DNA of 64,000 bases from Chrysomallon squamiferum (Eukaryota > Animalia > Mollusca). The DNA is taken from NCBI GenBank assembly GCA_012295275.1, contig CM022665.1, positions 48,360,001-48,424,000 of the forward strand. The letters run 5' to 3'. Shown here one piece after another: positions 1 to 15,700 of the stretch (its first letter is position 1; each line of letters begins with the position of its first letter). Both the position numbers and the translations under genes were made by a program. The notes under the pieces were generated by a model. That model was not told where the DNA came from. It ran no database searches and was given only the letters and a program-made list of their open reading frames with translations.

Positions 1-260
1 AGAACACCAGGTAAAACTCTTCTATTCCTTGTTTTACTAACAGAACAAAATTAATATTTTAAAATAAAGATTTCAAAGAACACCAGGTAAAACTCTTCTG
101 TTCCTGGTTTTACTAACAGAACAAAATTAATATTGTAATATAAAGAAATGAAAGAGCACCAGGTAAAACAGTTTTATATTTGTTTTAGTAACAGAACAAG
201 ATTAGTATTTTAATATAAAGATCTCAAAGAACACTAGGTAAAACAGTTTTATACTAGTTT
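1..260 (+). repeat. About 76-bp tandem repeat of an exon end plus donor (aaagaacaccag|gtaaaac), 4 copies
   Basis: Motif recurs near 1, 75, 151 and 226. KEHQ would join [10 protein letters not shown] in frame, so the first copy may be the real end of the preceding exon. Confidence 0.75.
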
Positions 261-554
261 TATAATAGAACATAATATTTTTATATTTACAGAACACATT
301 GTTTTAATAGAGAAATAGAACAAATTGTCTGTATCTTTATTGCACAGAATATAGTGTTTTAATATAGAGAACTAAATATTTTCACCTTTACCTTCACATC
401 ATACATAGGATTTGATTAATTTTTTTAAATGTTTTTTCAGGAGAAGTGGACTCAGACATACATTTTAGACACAATTAATAAATACAATCATTTGAGTTAT
501 TATTTAAAATGTGATATGAAACAGTTGTGTTACTGTGATAAACTTGTTTTTCAG

Positions 555-637
555 GAGAACATTGACAAAGCCATGTCTGACTACGAGTTGATTGAAGAGT
601 TCTACTACAATCTGTCCACTGATGACTTCAATGCAAA
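555..637 (+). CDS. DNAH1: Dynein HC exon w1 ([10 protein letters not shown]...DDFNAK), tail
   Basis: tttcag|GAG...AA|gtaagt, 83 nt, phase 0-2. Confidence 0.9.
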
Positions 638-644
638 GTAAGTA

Positions 645-689
<45 letters not shown>

Positions 690-694
690 TTTAA

Positions 695-749
<55 letters not shown>

Positions 750-3700
750 TTTATTTATTTATTTATTTATTTATTATTATTATTATTGATATTAAAATCA
801 TTATTATTTGGATATGCATATTATGATAGTTTATGTTATTATATAATTTATAGGAACTATTTTTAATCTCATAGGTAATATGTTAGTATTAATTGTATAT
901 ATATATAAAATTCATAATTTATGTTAATATACTAAAGATTAAAACACTTTTTAATCTCACTATCAATCTCTATTAACTGGAGTTAGAGTTATAATACTGT
1001 ATTGACAGTCTGGTTACTTTAAATGGATAAGTACATTTCTGTTTCTGTCTCACTGTAAGCTGGTATTGTGTGTGTGTGAAGTATAAGACATCCTATCAGT
1101 GTTTCTGTCTCACTGTAAGCTGGTATTGTGTGTGTGTGAAGTATATCACATCCTATCAGTGTTTCTGTCTCACTGTAAGCTGGTACTGTGTGTGTGTGTG
1201 TGAAGTATATCACATCCTATCAGTGTTTCTGTCTCACTGTAAGCTGGTACTGTGTGTGTGTGTGTGAAGTATATCACATTCTATCAGTGTTTCTGTCTCA
1301 CTGTAAGCTGGTATTGTGTGTGTGAGAAATCCTATCAGTGTTTCTGTCTCACTGTAAGCTGGTATTGTGTTGTACAGGTGGACAGCGATTGGCTGGCCTC
1401 ACAAAATAGAACGACAGATGGAACAGACGCACGCCCAGCTGGACGAGGACGAGGAGAGGTTCAGGAAGCTGCAGCAGTCTGACCAGACTAACTTTGAAGA
1501 CAGACTCGATACCCTGAGGGTAAACAACCAGAGTTATAACAAAAAAAATAATAATAAAACTGTGTTAATATAAGAATTCATACTTTACAAATATTTTTGG
1601 GAGATTTGTAAGTAAATATGTTCTGTAAATGTATAGGTAAATATTTTCTGTAGATATATAAGTAAATATTTTTTATAGATATATAAGTAAATATGTTTTG
1701 TAGATATATAAGTAGAAACGTTTTGTGTATATATATATATAAGTAAATATTTTTGTAGATATATAAGTAGATATGTATTGTATATATGTTTTGTAGATAT
1801 ATAAGTAAATATTTTTGTAGATATATAAGTAGATATGTTTTGTGGATATATAAGTAGATATGTTTTGTAGATATATAAGTAGATATGTTTGTGGATATAT
1901 AAGTAGATATGTTTTGTGGATATATAAGTAGATATGTTTTTAGATGGTTGTGGCTGGTATGGCTGCCCACGGAGAGAAGTCAAAGGCTCACGAGATCGCC
2001 AATGAAGTGAGGCGAGTGAACAAACAGCTCAAAGAGGCTCAGCAGCTTGCTCAGACTTACAACAACCGTGAGCGACTGTTTGGCATGCCTGTCACCAATG
2101 TAAGTCTCTTTATACACTCAGGTGTGGGTTTCTCAGGAGTCAGGTGTGTCTGTCAGGTGTGTCTGTCAGGTGTGTCTGGTGTGTTTCTCAGGTGTGTTCG
2201 TCAGGTGTGGTCTTGTGTGTGTCAGGTGTGTTTCTCAGGTGTGTCTTGTATGTATTTCAGGTGTGTATTGTGTGTGTCTTGTGTATTTATGTCAGGTATA
2301 TCTTGTGTGTGTTTTGTGTATGTCAAGTGTGTATTGGGTATGTATGTTAGGTATGTATAGTGTGTGACTGTTAGATATGGCGTGTGTGTAGTTTTGTTAG
2401 GTGTTTATTGTATACGTCTGTTGGTGTGTATTGTGTGTGATTTCAATATGTTTTGTGTGTGCTTGTTTAAAGAAATAGCATTCAAAGTTGTCACCCTCAG
2501 TCATGTAAAATGTACTGCAGGATATAGCACGTATCCTACAGTTAGTTATCTGTAGCATACCAACATGTATTACTCAAACAAAAACAGTTCAAAAATATTA
2601 CAAATCAAACAAGAAGGCACAAAATTATTCCACTAATCACTGCTTTGCTGTATTTTCTTAAAATAACTTCTCAAATATGAAATAATAGTTTTAACTGTTG
2701 TTTTATTTTCAAAACCAAAAACTCAGCGAATAGGATCGACTTTTCGTCAAGTGAGGATATCAGTGTTGTACATTCACAACATTCATATCTCTTGTCAACT
2801 GTACTTCTGTTGTTTTCACTGTGTTACAAATAAATGTGTCATTTCTCTAAACATTCCACTTCATCGAGGCATCTGTTTGAAAAGATAGCTATCACAAACT
2901 CACATTTTTTTGCTTATTAAAGAAATGTTTCATTTTAATATACGCAAGTCTTTTTCTGTCATGGTGTAGAAAGATTAAAATTACATGGGTTTTTTTAAAA
3001 TCTTTTATTTATAATTCATGTCACTTGACATACAGAAAAAAGGGACATCATCAATGCAATGAATTTATTTTTAAAATGAAATGGGTTTTGTTATAAAGAA
3101 AACAAATTATGACTGTTTGTGTCTGAGGATGTGTTCTAGTCTTTGTGTAACATGAGACTGACATGAATAAAACATTATATGTCTGTTCCATTCCATTTTT
3201 AACTCAGAAAATTAGTCACAAATGTATATTGACAGTTTAATCACACTTGGATATTAAGATAATTTACATAGGTAAGTTAGATTCTGTTTTTCAAGAAATC
3301 ACCACAATTACTGTATGAAAAATACCATCATATTAAAGCAATATTTTGTTTATAGTACAGAGCCATAACTGCATCAGTAGTGTATACGCAGTATACTGTC
3401 ATATAAAAGAGCTATACTCACAGTATACTGTCTTACTGAAATAGTGTATACACATTATACTGTCATATTGAAGTAGTAGTGTATATACAGTATACTGTCA
3501 TCCTGAGGTAGTGTACAAACAGTATGATGTTATACTGAAGTACTAGTGTATGCCACATTGAAGTAGTAGTATATGCACAGTATACTGTCATATTGAAGTA
3601 GTAGTATGTACAACATTCTATCATAGAAGTAACGTATACACATTATACTGTCATGTATGTTCAGTATACTATCATTCTTATAGCATGACAATATATTCTC

Positions 3701-6700
3701 ACTTTAAAGCAGTAGTTTAAAATCAGTATGCTGTCATATGAAAGCAATAATGTATAAACAATTACTGTAATATCAAAGCAGTTTACATAGTTTACTGTCA
3801 TATTAAATAAAGAGTCTATACACATTATACTGTCATATTGAAGTAGTAGTGTATATACAGTATACTGTCATCCTGAGGTAGTGTACAAACAGTATGATGT
3901 TATACTGAAGTACTAGTGTATGCCACATTGAAGTAGTAGTATATGCACAGTATACTGTCATATTGAAGTAGTAGTATGTACAACATTCTATCATAGAAGT
4001 AACGTATACACATTATACTGTCATATTAAAGTAGTAATATATACACGGTATACTGTCATAAATGAAGTAGCATGTATACAGTATACTGTCATAAGAATGC
4101 TATAATGTATACAATGTATACAATTGTAATGAAGTAGCATATACACAATATACAGTCATGTGAAAGCAATAATGTATACACAGTATACTGTCATTGAAGT
4201 AGTAGTGTATACACAGTCTACTGTAATAATGAAGTAGTAGTGTATACACAGTATACTGTAATAATGAAGTAGTAGTGTATGCAGGGTATACTGTAATAAT
4301 GAAATAGTGTATACACAGTCTACTGTAATAATGAAGTAGTAGTGTATACACAGTATACTGCAATAATGAAGTAGTGTATAGACAGTATACTGTAATAATG
4401 AAGTAGTGTATAGACAGTATACTGCCATATTGAAGCAATAATGTATGTTCAGTATACTATCATTCTTATAGCATGACAATATATTCTCACTTTAAAGCAG
4501 TAGTTTAAAATCAGTATGCTGTCATATGAAAGCAATAATGTATAAACAATTACTGTAATATCAAAGCAGTTTACATAGTTTACTGTCATATTAAATAAAG
4601 AGTCTATACACATTATACTGTCATATTGAAGTAGTAGTGTATATACAGTATACTGTCATCCTGAGGTAGTGTACAAACAGTATGATGTTATACTGAAGTA
4701 CTAGTGTATGCCACATTGAAGTAGTAGTATATGCACAGTATACTGTCATATTGAAGTAGTAGTATGTACAACATTCTATCATAGAAGTAACGTATACACA
4801 TTATACTGTCATATTAAAGTAGTAATATATACACGGTATACTGTCATAAATGAAGTAGCATGTATACAGTATACTGTCATAAGAATGCTATAATGTATAC
4901 AATGTATTTTAATGAAGTAGCATATACACAATATACAGTCATGTGAAAAGCAATAATGTATACACAGTATACTGTCATTGAAGTAGTAGTGTATACACAG
5001 TCTACTGTAATAATGAAGTAGTAGTGTATACACAGTATACTGTAATAATGAAGTAGTAGTGTATGCAGGGTATACTGTAATAATGAAATAGTGTATACAC
5101 AGTCTACTGTAATAATGAAGTAGTAGTGTATACAGGGTATACTGTAATAATGAAATAGTGTATACACAGTCTACTGTAATAATGAAGTAGTAGTGTATAC
5201 ACAGTATACTGCAATAATGAAGTAGTGTATAGACAGTATACTGTAATAATGAAGTAGTGTATAGACAGTATACTGCCATATTGAAGCAATAATGTATGTT
5301 CAGTATACTATCATTCTTATAGCATGACAATATATTCTCACTTTAAAGCAGTAGTTTAAAATCAGTATGCTGTCATATGAAAGCAATAATGTATAAACAA
5401 TTACTGTAATATCAAAGCAGTTTACATAGTTTACTGTCATATTAAATAAAGAGTCTATACACATTATATTGTGGAAAACAGCAATATTTATACTTAATAT
5501 AGTAAAACAGAAGCTTAATATCAATACTAAAACCATATAAAGTATCCTATCATGCACAGACATTGTCAATGAAACTGACTTGTTTTTGATACCATACTAA
5601 AGAGACATAGTGTACTGAGAAACATATGAAACAGTTTTAATTAATCTTTATAAAACATAGTTAATTTTATAATGTAGTATTTCATAATTAAACACACAGT
5701 ATGGCAAGTCTTGAATTCCACGTATGTATCAAATTTACTTTGAATGTTGTAAATTATTTTATAATCCACGTTTTTAATAAAATCAGCATGTCACCTAGAA
5801 ATTACTCATAGATCTTTACAGTTATTTAAAGATGGCAGACAGAATTTCGTTTATTTGGTATAAGATTAACATTTAAAATATTGGCATTTTGTGTGTGTGA
5901 ATACAACAGGTTAAATATTCTATACTAAATATATATAAATATATAATTATCCTTTTTTAATGCGTAATTTTGATGATTTTTTTTTTTTTTTTAATTCTAT
6001 GTGTTTGCAAATTTTATTTGTGGTATTTTCCTAATGCAGATTTTTCTGCAAAATATGATGTATGTACATTTTAATATACATGTTACATTTCACACAGCAA
6101 TAATATTATTAATTAAATTTGCAAATGTTTAATGTGGTAATATTAATTATGTAATTTGTTTTTGTTTTCTTCTGTTCATTAATAAACTGATTTTCATTGC
6201 TTAATCATAAATTTGTACTTTAATTATTTTTTTACTAAAACAAATTTTTGAATTTTACAAATGAAACAATTTTAAATTTCATATGGTATTGTATTCTATT
6301 GTTTTATTAATATGCAAAGATACTTAGTAAACTAGAATATTTTAACAACTTTTTAAAATTCCTGACATTTAGTTAATATGTTAGTATGCATATTTATTTA
6401 ATAATGTGATAATATGAACTGATATTTTATTAATATGTTAATATGAACTGATATTTTATTAATATGTTAATATGAACTGATATTTTATTAATATGTTAAT
6501 ATGCAGTGGTATTATTTGATAAATATGTTAATATGCACTGATATTTAATTAATACGTGTTAATTTGTTGACGTGAACTTTGTTCCAGTACGACAAGCTAA
6601 CAAAACTTGTGAAGGACTTTGAACCGTTCCGCAATCTGTGGATCACAGTTTCTGATTGGCTGAGGTGGAATGAGAGCTGGATGAACGATCCACTCACATC

Positions 6701-9700
6701 AATCAATGCAGAGGATGTTGAAAAGAATGTCAATGAGGCATACAAGACAATGCACAAGTCTGTGAAAATATTCCAGGATATACCCAGTAAGTGTTATGAG
6801 ATGTATTCCAGGATTTTCCTGGTGTTTGTATTCCAGGATGTACATAGTGTTTGTATTAGAGCATGTACAGTAAGTGATTGTATTACAAAATATATCTAAC
6901 GTTTGTATTACAGTATATACCTAGTAAGTGTTTGTATTACAAGATATATCAAGTAGTTGTATTACAAAATATATGTAATGCTTAAGTTATAAGATATATC
7001 AGTAAGTTACAAAATATACCCAATAAGTGTTTGGATTACAAGATGCATCAAGTAAGTTGTTGGAGTACAAAATAATAATTATTAGTATTATAAAATATAC
7101 CAGTAAGTGATTGTATTACAAGATATACCAGACTGTTTGAATTACAACATATATCTAGTGTTTGTATTACAATTTACATTACTGAATGTGTCAATATTAC
7201 AAAATGCTGAAGGCAAGTTATTTTAATAATATTTTTTATTTAACTAATTTCCTTGTGTATTATTAACAAAGATATTAAATATTGAATGCTTTATTACTTA
7301 TCACTTCAGTTTAAAAAAAATTAATTTCAGTAATTGTGTTTAAATTAATAATTTTTCATGTTTTTATTTTATCATCATACAATATACAAAAATTAATATT
7401 AAATGTTTTGTTTTATTCTGTGTTCAGCAGGAAAACTGAACTGTATTTGTTTGAAATGTTTTCAGACGTTGAAACTTTTATGTTTTGTACATGGACTTCG
7501 TGTTTTGTGGTTTGTGTTTTTACATTCTGTACATTGTGTTTTATGTTGATAATTTGAAAGGTTGGAATGTAGACTGGGACAGTAAGAAATTACTTTCATA
7601 TACCACATTGTAGTTTTAAAATTTCACTATGTCTCACTTCACTGTCATTATAGTAAAAAGCAACAGATTAAAAACTTGGCTAGAATCAGTCATGTCTCAT
7701 TATGTAAATTCATGGGATCATCGTAATTCATTTCTAATATATTACTTTGCAGTTATAAACAGATAAAAACAGTAGGAAAATAACAGCAAGAAAATAGAAA
7801 ATTTTAGTAAATTGTAAAATCATGAACAGATTTAGTATTTCATTGTGATAATCTCCACAAGTTCTTCATGTATGTAAGACTATATTAGAGAAGATTCACT
7901 GGTCAGATTGGGAAATTAGGTAATGGTAGAATTTAATTATTGCATAGTTATCACTCGATAGATATAGAAACTAGTACATGTTATTTTTCCATAATGTTAA
8001 TGTGCACACATTACACTATCATAACACTTTTTTATACAGAGGTCACTGGTTAGATCTGGAAATTAGGTACTGGTAGAACATAATTATTGTGCAATTATCA
8101 CAGGATAGACTATTAGAAACCAGAACATGTTATTATTACACAGTGATAATATAAACTAGTTCTACTGATATATACCACTGTTCTAGAGATCTTTCACTGG
8201 TCAGATTGGGAAATTAGGCAGTTGTAGAACATAATTATTTTGTAGTTATCACTGGTTAGGATATAGAAATTAGTAATATGTTATTTCTACACAATGATAA
8301 TATACACAAGTTTTCTTGATATATAACACTCTTCTAGAGACCATTCACTGGTTAGATTGGGAAATTAGGTAATTGTAGAACATAATTATTGTGTAGTTTT
8401 CACTGGGTAGGATATTAAAACTAGTGAATGTAATTTGTACACAATATATGCAATACTGATAAATGCAAGTTACACACAGAAACACACATCAAACATACAT
8501 CACGTATACATATACATTCATACATACATATGAAAATACATATAGATACATACATACATGCATACATATAGACACATTCATACATACATGCGTATCTTAT
8601 ATTATCTTTTATTCTAGAATTCATCTTTAACATGTATCTCATTTAAACTACTCTTAATATTCAGATAATATCATGTTATCAATAGCATATCAGTGAAATA
8701 CAATTCATTTTAGATTTTTTTTTCATTTCAAAGTATAGGTTTTATTCTGTTTTCAAATTTACAGTTTTAGAACATGTTATTAAATAGACCAGTGTAAGTA
8801 TTTTCTCTTCAATGTGTAATGAAGAGTGACAGTGTGACAGATGTGTTTGTTGATGTTTGCAGGTGTGCAGCAGGTTGCCATGGAAATCAAGGGAGAGATT
8901 GAGGAGTTCAGACCAAAGATTCCTCTCATTCAGGGTCTGCGCAACCCTGGCATGCGACATCGTCACTGGGACCAGGTTAGCAGCCACACACACACACACC
9001 CATATATACATAAGTACACACCCATATACACCCATATATACATCCAGACAGACATACCCACACGCATATATACATACACTCAGACAGACAAACATACATA
9101 CACTCACTCAGACACACACACACACACACACCCAGACAGACATACATATACACACATACAGATGTAGACACACACAAACATATACACACATACAAACCTA
9201 TATACATAGAGACATACATACATACAATCAGACACACACACAGACAGACAGACACACAGACACAGATAATAATAATAATGTTTGTGTTAGCAGACAGTTG
9301 AATGTTTACGTCTCATCAAAATAAATCTGCAGTGTTTCAAACACAGTTTTATAAAACATTTTTTGACAGCTGTCCGAGGAGCTTGGCTTCCCACTGCAAC
9401 TGAAAGCAAACCTGACGTTCTCCAAGTGTTTGGAGATGAATCTGCAGGAGCACATAACAACCATCGCCAAGGTGGCAGAGGTGGCAGGCAAAGAGTACTC
9501 CATTGAGCAGGTGTGTAGTGTAAACACATCAGTGTGTTATACAAACATCACACTCAGAAAAAAAAAAATATATATATATATATTTATATATAAATAAAAA
9601 TCAGAAATAAAATGTACACACATTTAAAATAATCTTTGAGTCAAACTAGAAGTTACCTTGTTAAAATTTATTGTATTATTACATATATTCTTTTTTTTTT

Positions 9701-9742
9701 ACTGGTTTTGTTGACTTTGTTATTGTTAGTGTTTTTCATTAC

Positions 9743-9807
<65 letters not shown>

Positions 9808-12725
9808 GTATTATTTTTATTATTATTGTTATTATTAAATAATGTTGTTTTGTTGTTTTTCCTTAGTTAATGTTATTAATATTATTACTTTTCATCATTA
9901 TCAATACTATTATTAGTACTGCTATTGTTATTAATGTCACTGTTTTTCATTATTATTATTATTAATATTACTATTATTATTGTAGTCTGTTGTTGTTGTT
10001 ACTATAACTATTATTATTATTACTATGATGTGACCAGGCTCTAGACAAGATGGAGAAGGAGTGGGAGCCAGTCATGTTTGAGATCATGCCGTACAAAGAG
10101 ACTGGGACTTTCATTCTCAAGAGTTCTGAGGACACGTCGCAGCTGCTTGATGACCACATCGTCATGACGCAGAGCATGTCGTTCTCACCGTACAAGAAAC
10201 CGTTCGAGGACCGCATCAACAGCTGGGAGGACAAACTGAGAACCACTCAGGTACAAAGTTCACACCTTGTGTGAAAACTTCACACTTCAATATTAAAATA
10301 TGCATGTGTAAGAATTTCATACTTAGAGTAAGAACGTCACAATGGCCAAAATATATGTGCAAAAATTGAACACTTTTCTGTAGAAATAAAGGGGGAAAAC
10401 TTCACTTTTCTGTACAAATGTGTGTAAAAACTTCACAGTGGCCAAATATAGCGGTAAAAATTGCATGCTTTTCTGTAAAAATAAAGGGGGAATGTTCACT
10501 TTTCTGTACAAATGTGTGTAAAAAGTTCACATTTTATGCAAACATGTGTATAAACTTCACATATTATGCAAAAATATGTGTAAAAACTTCACATTTTATG
10601 CAAAATATGTGAAAAAACTTCACATTGTAAATATTTCACACCTTGTTTAAACTCACTGAATTCATTCTCTGTTACAAACATGTTAAAACTGCACTGTGTA
10701 ATTAACTAACGGAATGTTTGAATTCTGCTGTCAGGACGTGCTGGATGAGTGGTTGCAGTGTCAGCGCTCGTGGCTCTACCTGGAGCCAATCTTCAGCTCG
10801 GAGGACATCAACAGACAGCTGCCTGTAGAGAGCAAGCGGTACCAGACCATGGAGAGGATGTGGCGCAAGATCATGAAAAACGCCAAGGAAAACCCTCAGG
10901 TATAGGCTTATAATATTTAAAATGTTTAGCAAATGTTTAGACAGACAGACAGACAGACACACACACACACGTATGTATGCTGAGACACACTAAAACATAT
11001 ATACACTCACAAGCATACACACAGACACACACCCAAGCACATGCACACAGACATATGCATGCAACTCAGACACACACATAAACACAGACACATACAAACA
11101 CACAAACTTATATATGCACACACACACACACACACACAGACATGAGCTTACACAAATGCACACAGACACACACTGAATCAGATACAGATACACACAAAAT
11201 TGACATTAATGATTTATTTTTTCTAATTTAATTTATATTTTGCTATAACACATTTTACTGTGACTGTTTCTGTATAGGTGATTTAATTTATATTTTGCTA
11301 TAACAAATATTACTTTGTTTCTGTACAGGTGATTTCTCTGTGTCCAGACAACCGACTGCTGGACAACCTGCGTGAGTCAAACAAACTGCTGGACCAGGTG
11401 CAGAAGGGACTCAGCGAGTACCTGGAAACCAAGAGAACAGCCTTCCCACGATTCTACTTCCTGTCCGATGACGAACTCCTGGAGATTCTCTCTCAGACCA
11501 AAGACCCAACTGCAGTCCAGCCTCATCTTAGGAAATGTTTTGAAAACATTGCCAAGGTAAAGACAGAGCTGTTTTGTCGTTGTTATCACTTTCACTGTAT
11601 CTGTATTAACAGTATTGTTCGTTCATTATTATACCAGTATCAAAGTCATAAAAAAACTGATTTATCATTGACACTGTGTTTGCAGTAATGTGTTTGTCTT
11701 GTGTTGCAGCTCAGATTTGAGGATGACACAAAGACAAAAGTGATTTATCAGTGACACTGTGTTTGCAGTAATGTGTTTGTCTTGTGTTGCAGCTCAGATT
11801 TGAGGATGACACAAAGACAAAAGTGATTTATCAGTGACACTGTGTTTGCAGTAATGTGTTTGTCTTGTGTTGCAGCTAAGATTTGAGGATGACACAAAGA
11901 CAAAAGTGATTTATCAGTGACACTGTGTTTGAAGTAATGTGTTTGTTTTGTGTTGCAGCTGAGATTTGAGGATGACCTGAAGATAACGAGGATGTACTCG
12001 GGGGAGGGGGAGGAGGTTGAGTTCCGTGAGTCGCTGTATCCAAACGGCAACGTGGAGGACTGGATGCTGGAGATTGAGCGCACAATGAAAGAGAGTCTCA
12101 GAATGATCATCAAAGACTCACTCAATGATTACAAAACTGTGAGTAACTCACACTACTTTTATCATCATTGACACAAAACTGTGAGTCATTCACATCATTT
12201 ATTATCATTTAAACAAATCTGTGAGTAACTCACATTACATTAGCATAAAATTGTGAGTCACTCACATCACATTTACACAAAACTGTGAGTCAGTCACACT
12301 ACTGTATTATCATTAACACAAAACTGTAAGATATATTTATCATAACTAACATTTTTATACTACTTATTTCTCACCTATTATTAGCTACTTAATACCTGAA
12401 CTTCAGATTTTACTACAATTTTATTATGTAATGGTTCTTACCTTCAGTTTTCACCTATAACTGACTACAATCATTCTCACTATAAAATACTTGTGTCGTA
12501 ATTAAAATACTTTTTTATTTCACTTGTTTCTCACCTGTTATTATACTTAATTATTACCAGTACTTCAGATTTTAATTTGTAATGGTTCTTAACTCTGGTA
12601 TTCATTCATATATTACTGAATATACTAATTCTCTCTATAAAATACCTGTTTATTCTAATTATTACCTCTAGTTTCCATTTTACTGAATGAAATCACTGCT
12701 AACAAGAAATTATATATATTTATTA

Positions 12726-12756
<31 letters not shown>

Positions 12757-15700
12757 TTTATTTATTTTTTATTTATATTTATTTAACTTTTTATTATTTA
12801 TTTATTTATTTATTTATATATTTATTATTATTTTATGTTTTTGATGACAGCGGCCACGTACAGAGTGGGTCCAGTACTGGCCTGGTCAAGTGGTTATTGC
12901 TGGCTGTCAGACGTACTGGAGCTCGGAGGTGACCGAGGCTCTGGAACAGGACAACATCGACGCGCGCTACAAGATTCTCCTGTCCCAGCTGGACGACCTC
13001 AGGGAGCTGGTCAGAACCGACATCAGCAAGATCGGCAGAATGACGCTGTCTGCCCTCATCGTCATCGAGGTGCACGCTCGCGACGTCGTCGCCAAGATGG
13101 TGGAGGAATCCATCCACAATTCCAACGCTTTTGAGTGGATCAGTCAGCTGAGGTCTGTGTTTTTCTATCTGACTTGCTCAGCTTAGCTGGGTTTACTAAT
13201 AACAAACAAACCCCTCTATATGGGTTTATCTATTATTGTGAGATCCCTAGATACAAGTTTATTAATGACTATGAAATCCCTATAAGTTCTTATCAAAGAC
13301 TATCAAATGGATTCAACAACCCATATTTACAACCATTTTTTTAAATTATTTAAACTTGTATAATAATTCTTGAAATACAATATTTTTTATTAATATACAG
13401 AATGGCTGTAAATATTAACCATTGTTAAAAATGACTGTAAGGTTATGATTTTTTTTAAATTTAAATTTGTATAATAACTCTTCAGTTACAATATTTTTTA
13501 TTAAGATAAGAAAATGGTTGTAAAATGTTATAAACCATTGTTTAAAATTGCTTGCTGTAAGTTTCAGATTTTTTTTATTTAAAATTGTATAATAATTCTT
13601 GAGAATAGATATTTATTTAATGCATCAATGCAGCTGTAAATATTATAAACGACTGTTAAACAGTATTAGTACTAAGTGAAAAGAAGAAGACGTATGTGTG
13701 TGTGTGTGTGTTTGTTAAACACTATTAGTACAAAGTTTAATTCACTGTGTGAAATAAAAAATACATGTGTGTTTGTTAAACACTATTAGTACTAATTCAC
13801 TGTGTGAAATAAAAAATACATGAGTGTGTGTTTGTTAAACACTATTAGTATTAAGTGTATTTCCCTGTGAAATGAAGAAGACACATGTGTATGTGTGTGT
13901 TTGTTAAACACTATTATTACAAAGTGTATTTCCATGTGAAATGAAGAAGACACATGTGTGTGTTTGTGTGTTGCAGGTATTACTGGCTGGAAGACGAAAA
14001 TCTCTACATCAGGGCTGTGAACGCTCAGTTCCCGTACGGCTACGAGTACCTGGGAAACACCGGCAGACTGGTCATCACCCCCCTCACTGACCGGTCAGTC
14101 AGTTTAACATTTATACAAATTTAAAAACATGAAATAATAAACTTTATTAAAAAATAAAAACATGAAATAAACAAACATTTTTTATATAAAAAAAGTTAAT
14201 ATGACTTCAAATAAAAAAACTGATAAAAAGTGAGATATTTGTGATGTTATCATCTGATACATTTTTCAAATAAGTTTTATAAAATAATGTTTGTGATGTT
14301 ATCTTACACTGGTAACATAAGAAGTTTTTTATAAAGTATGAACAAAAAACATTAAATAAATTAAAGTTATTTTTTGATGTTCAATCACACTTACATAAAT
14401 ATTTTTAAAGTGACAGATGTTACCTGACACTTACTGGAGCTCTGCATCTCAAGTTTGGAGGTGCTCCTGCAGGACCAGCTGGAACTGGAAAAACAGAGAC
14501 AACCAAGGTGAGTAAAACTGTTAACATAGTAATGATAGAGTAATGAATGCTTAGCATTCGATTTTTGATTAGAAATAAATACATTACACTTTAATACATA
14601 TATCTATTAAATATTGACAATATTAATATAATTTGTATTTGGCCTCTAAACACACATTTAAATATAGCATAAGTATTATCATTATTTTTATTTTGCCTAA
14701 AAACACACATTTAAATTTAAGTATTGTCATCATTAATATTTACCCTATAAACGAATGTTGATAAAAACTGTTGTTAAAAGAAGTTTGATCAGTGAAAGCA
14801 GACAGTAACAAAGTGTGCTGTGTAATTCAGGACTTGGCCAAGGCGTTTGCTATTCAGTGTGTCGTCTTCAACTGCTCCGATCAGCTCGACTTCATGGCCA
14901 TGGGAAAATTCTTCAAAGGTCTGGCAAGGTAAAGTGGTTCTTTGTTTGTTTAACGTGAAATAAATAACTGAAATAGAAAGTGCATCTAGATAAATAAATG
15001 TTAAATAAATTAAAATATTTAGTTTAATTTTAATTATAATTTGTAGTTAAATGTTGAATGCAGTGCAAATTTAGTGAATTCAAACACATCATAAATATAT
15101 CTGTATGTGTATGTTTGTGTTTGTAATGTATATATATGTGTGTGTGTGTGTAAATACATATGTATGTTTATGTATATATATTTGGATTTATAAATGCTAT
15201 TTGTTTTGTCTAATCAAGTTGTTTTCTAAATGTACAACATGTTTGTCACAGTCATACAATTACAGAACAGAGATTTTGATATTGTACAGTTAAATGTATG
15301 TATCACACACAGACATACACACAGACATACACACAAACATACATACACACAAAACAACCTGTCATTGTGTTTATAATAACAATGTGCTTTTTATTTCACT
15401 GTGTTGTACATACTGACAACACAAAAGTGTCAAGGTGTTTACACACTGACAACACACAAGTCTTAATGTGTTTACACACTGACAACACACAAGTTTTAAT
15501 GTGTTTATAATGACAAGGTGTTTTTAATATATTGTTTCACTGGGTTTAGACACAACAGATTAATGTATTTGCACTGTTGATGTTTTTACACACTGACAAC
15601 ACAAATGTTTTAATGTGTTTACACACTGACAGCACAATAGTTAATGTGTTTACACAACACAACACTGTTGATGTGTTTACACACTGACAAGTTAATGTGT

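Noticed and set aside
3375-5570. Minus-strand Tyr/His/Cys-rich ORFs
   Set aside because: They are translations of the satellite, with no splice or codon evidence.
7428-7442. Possible 12- or 15-nt microexon after ttcagcag
   Set aside because: The donor (ct|gtattt) is weak and nothing else supports it.
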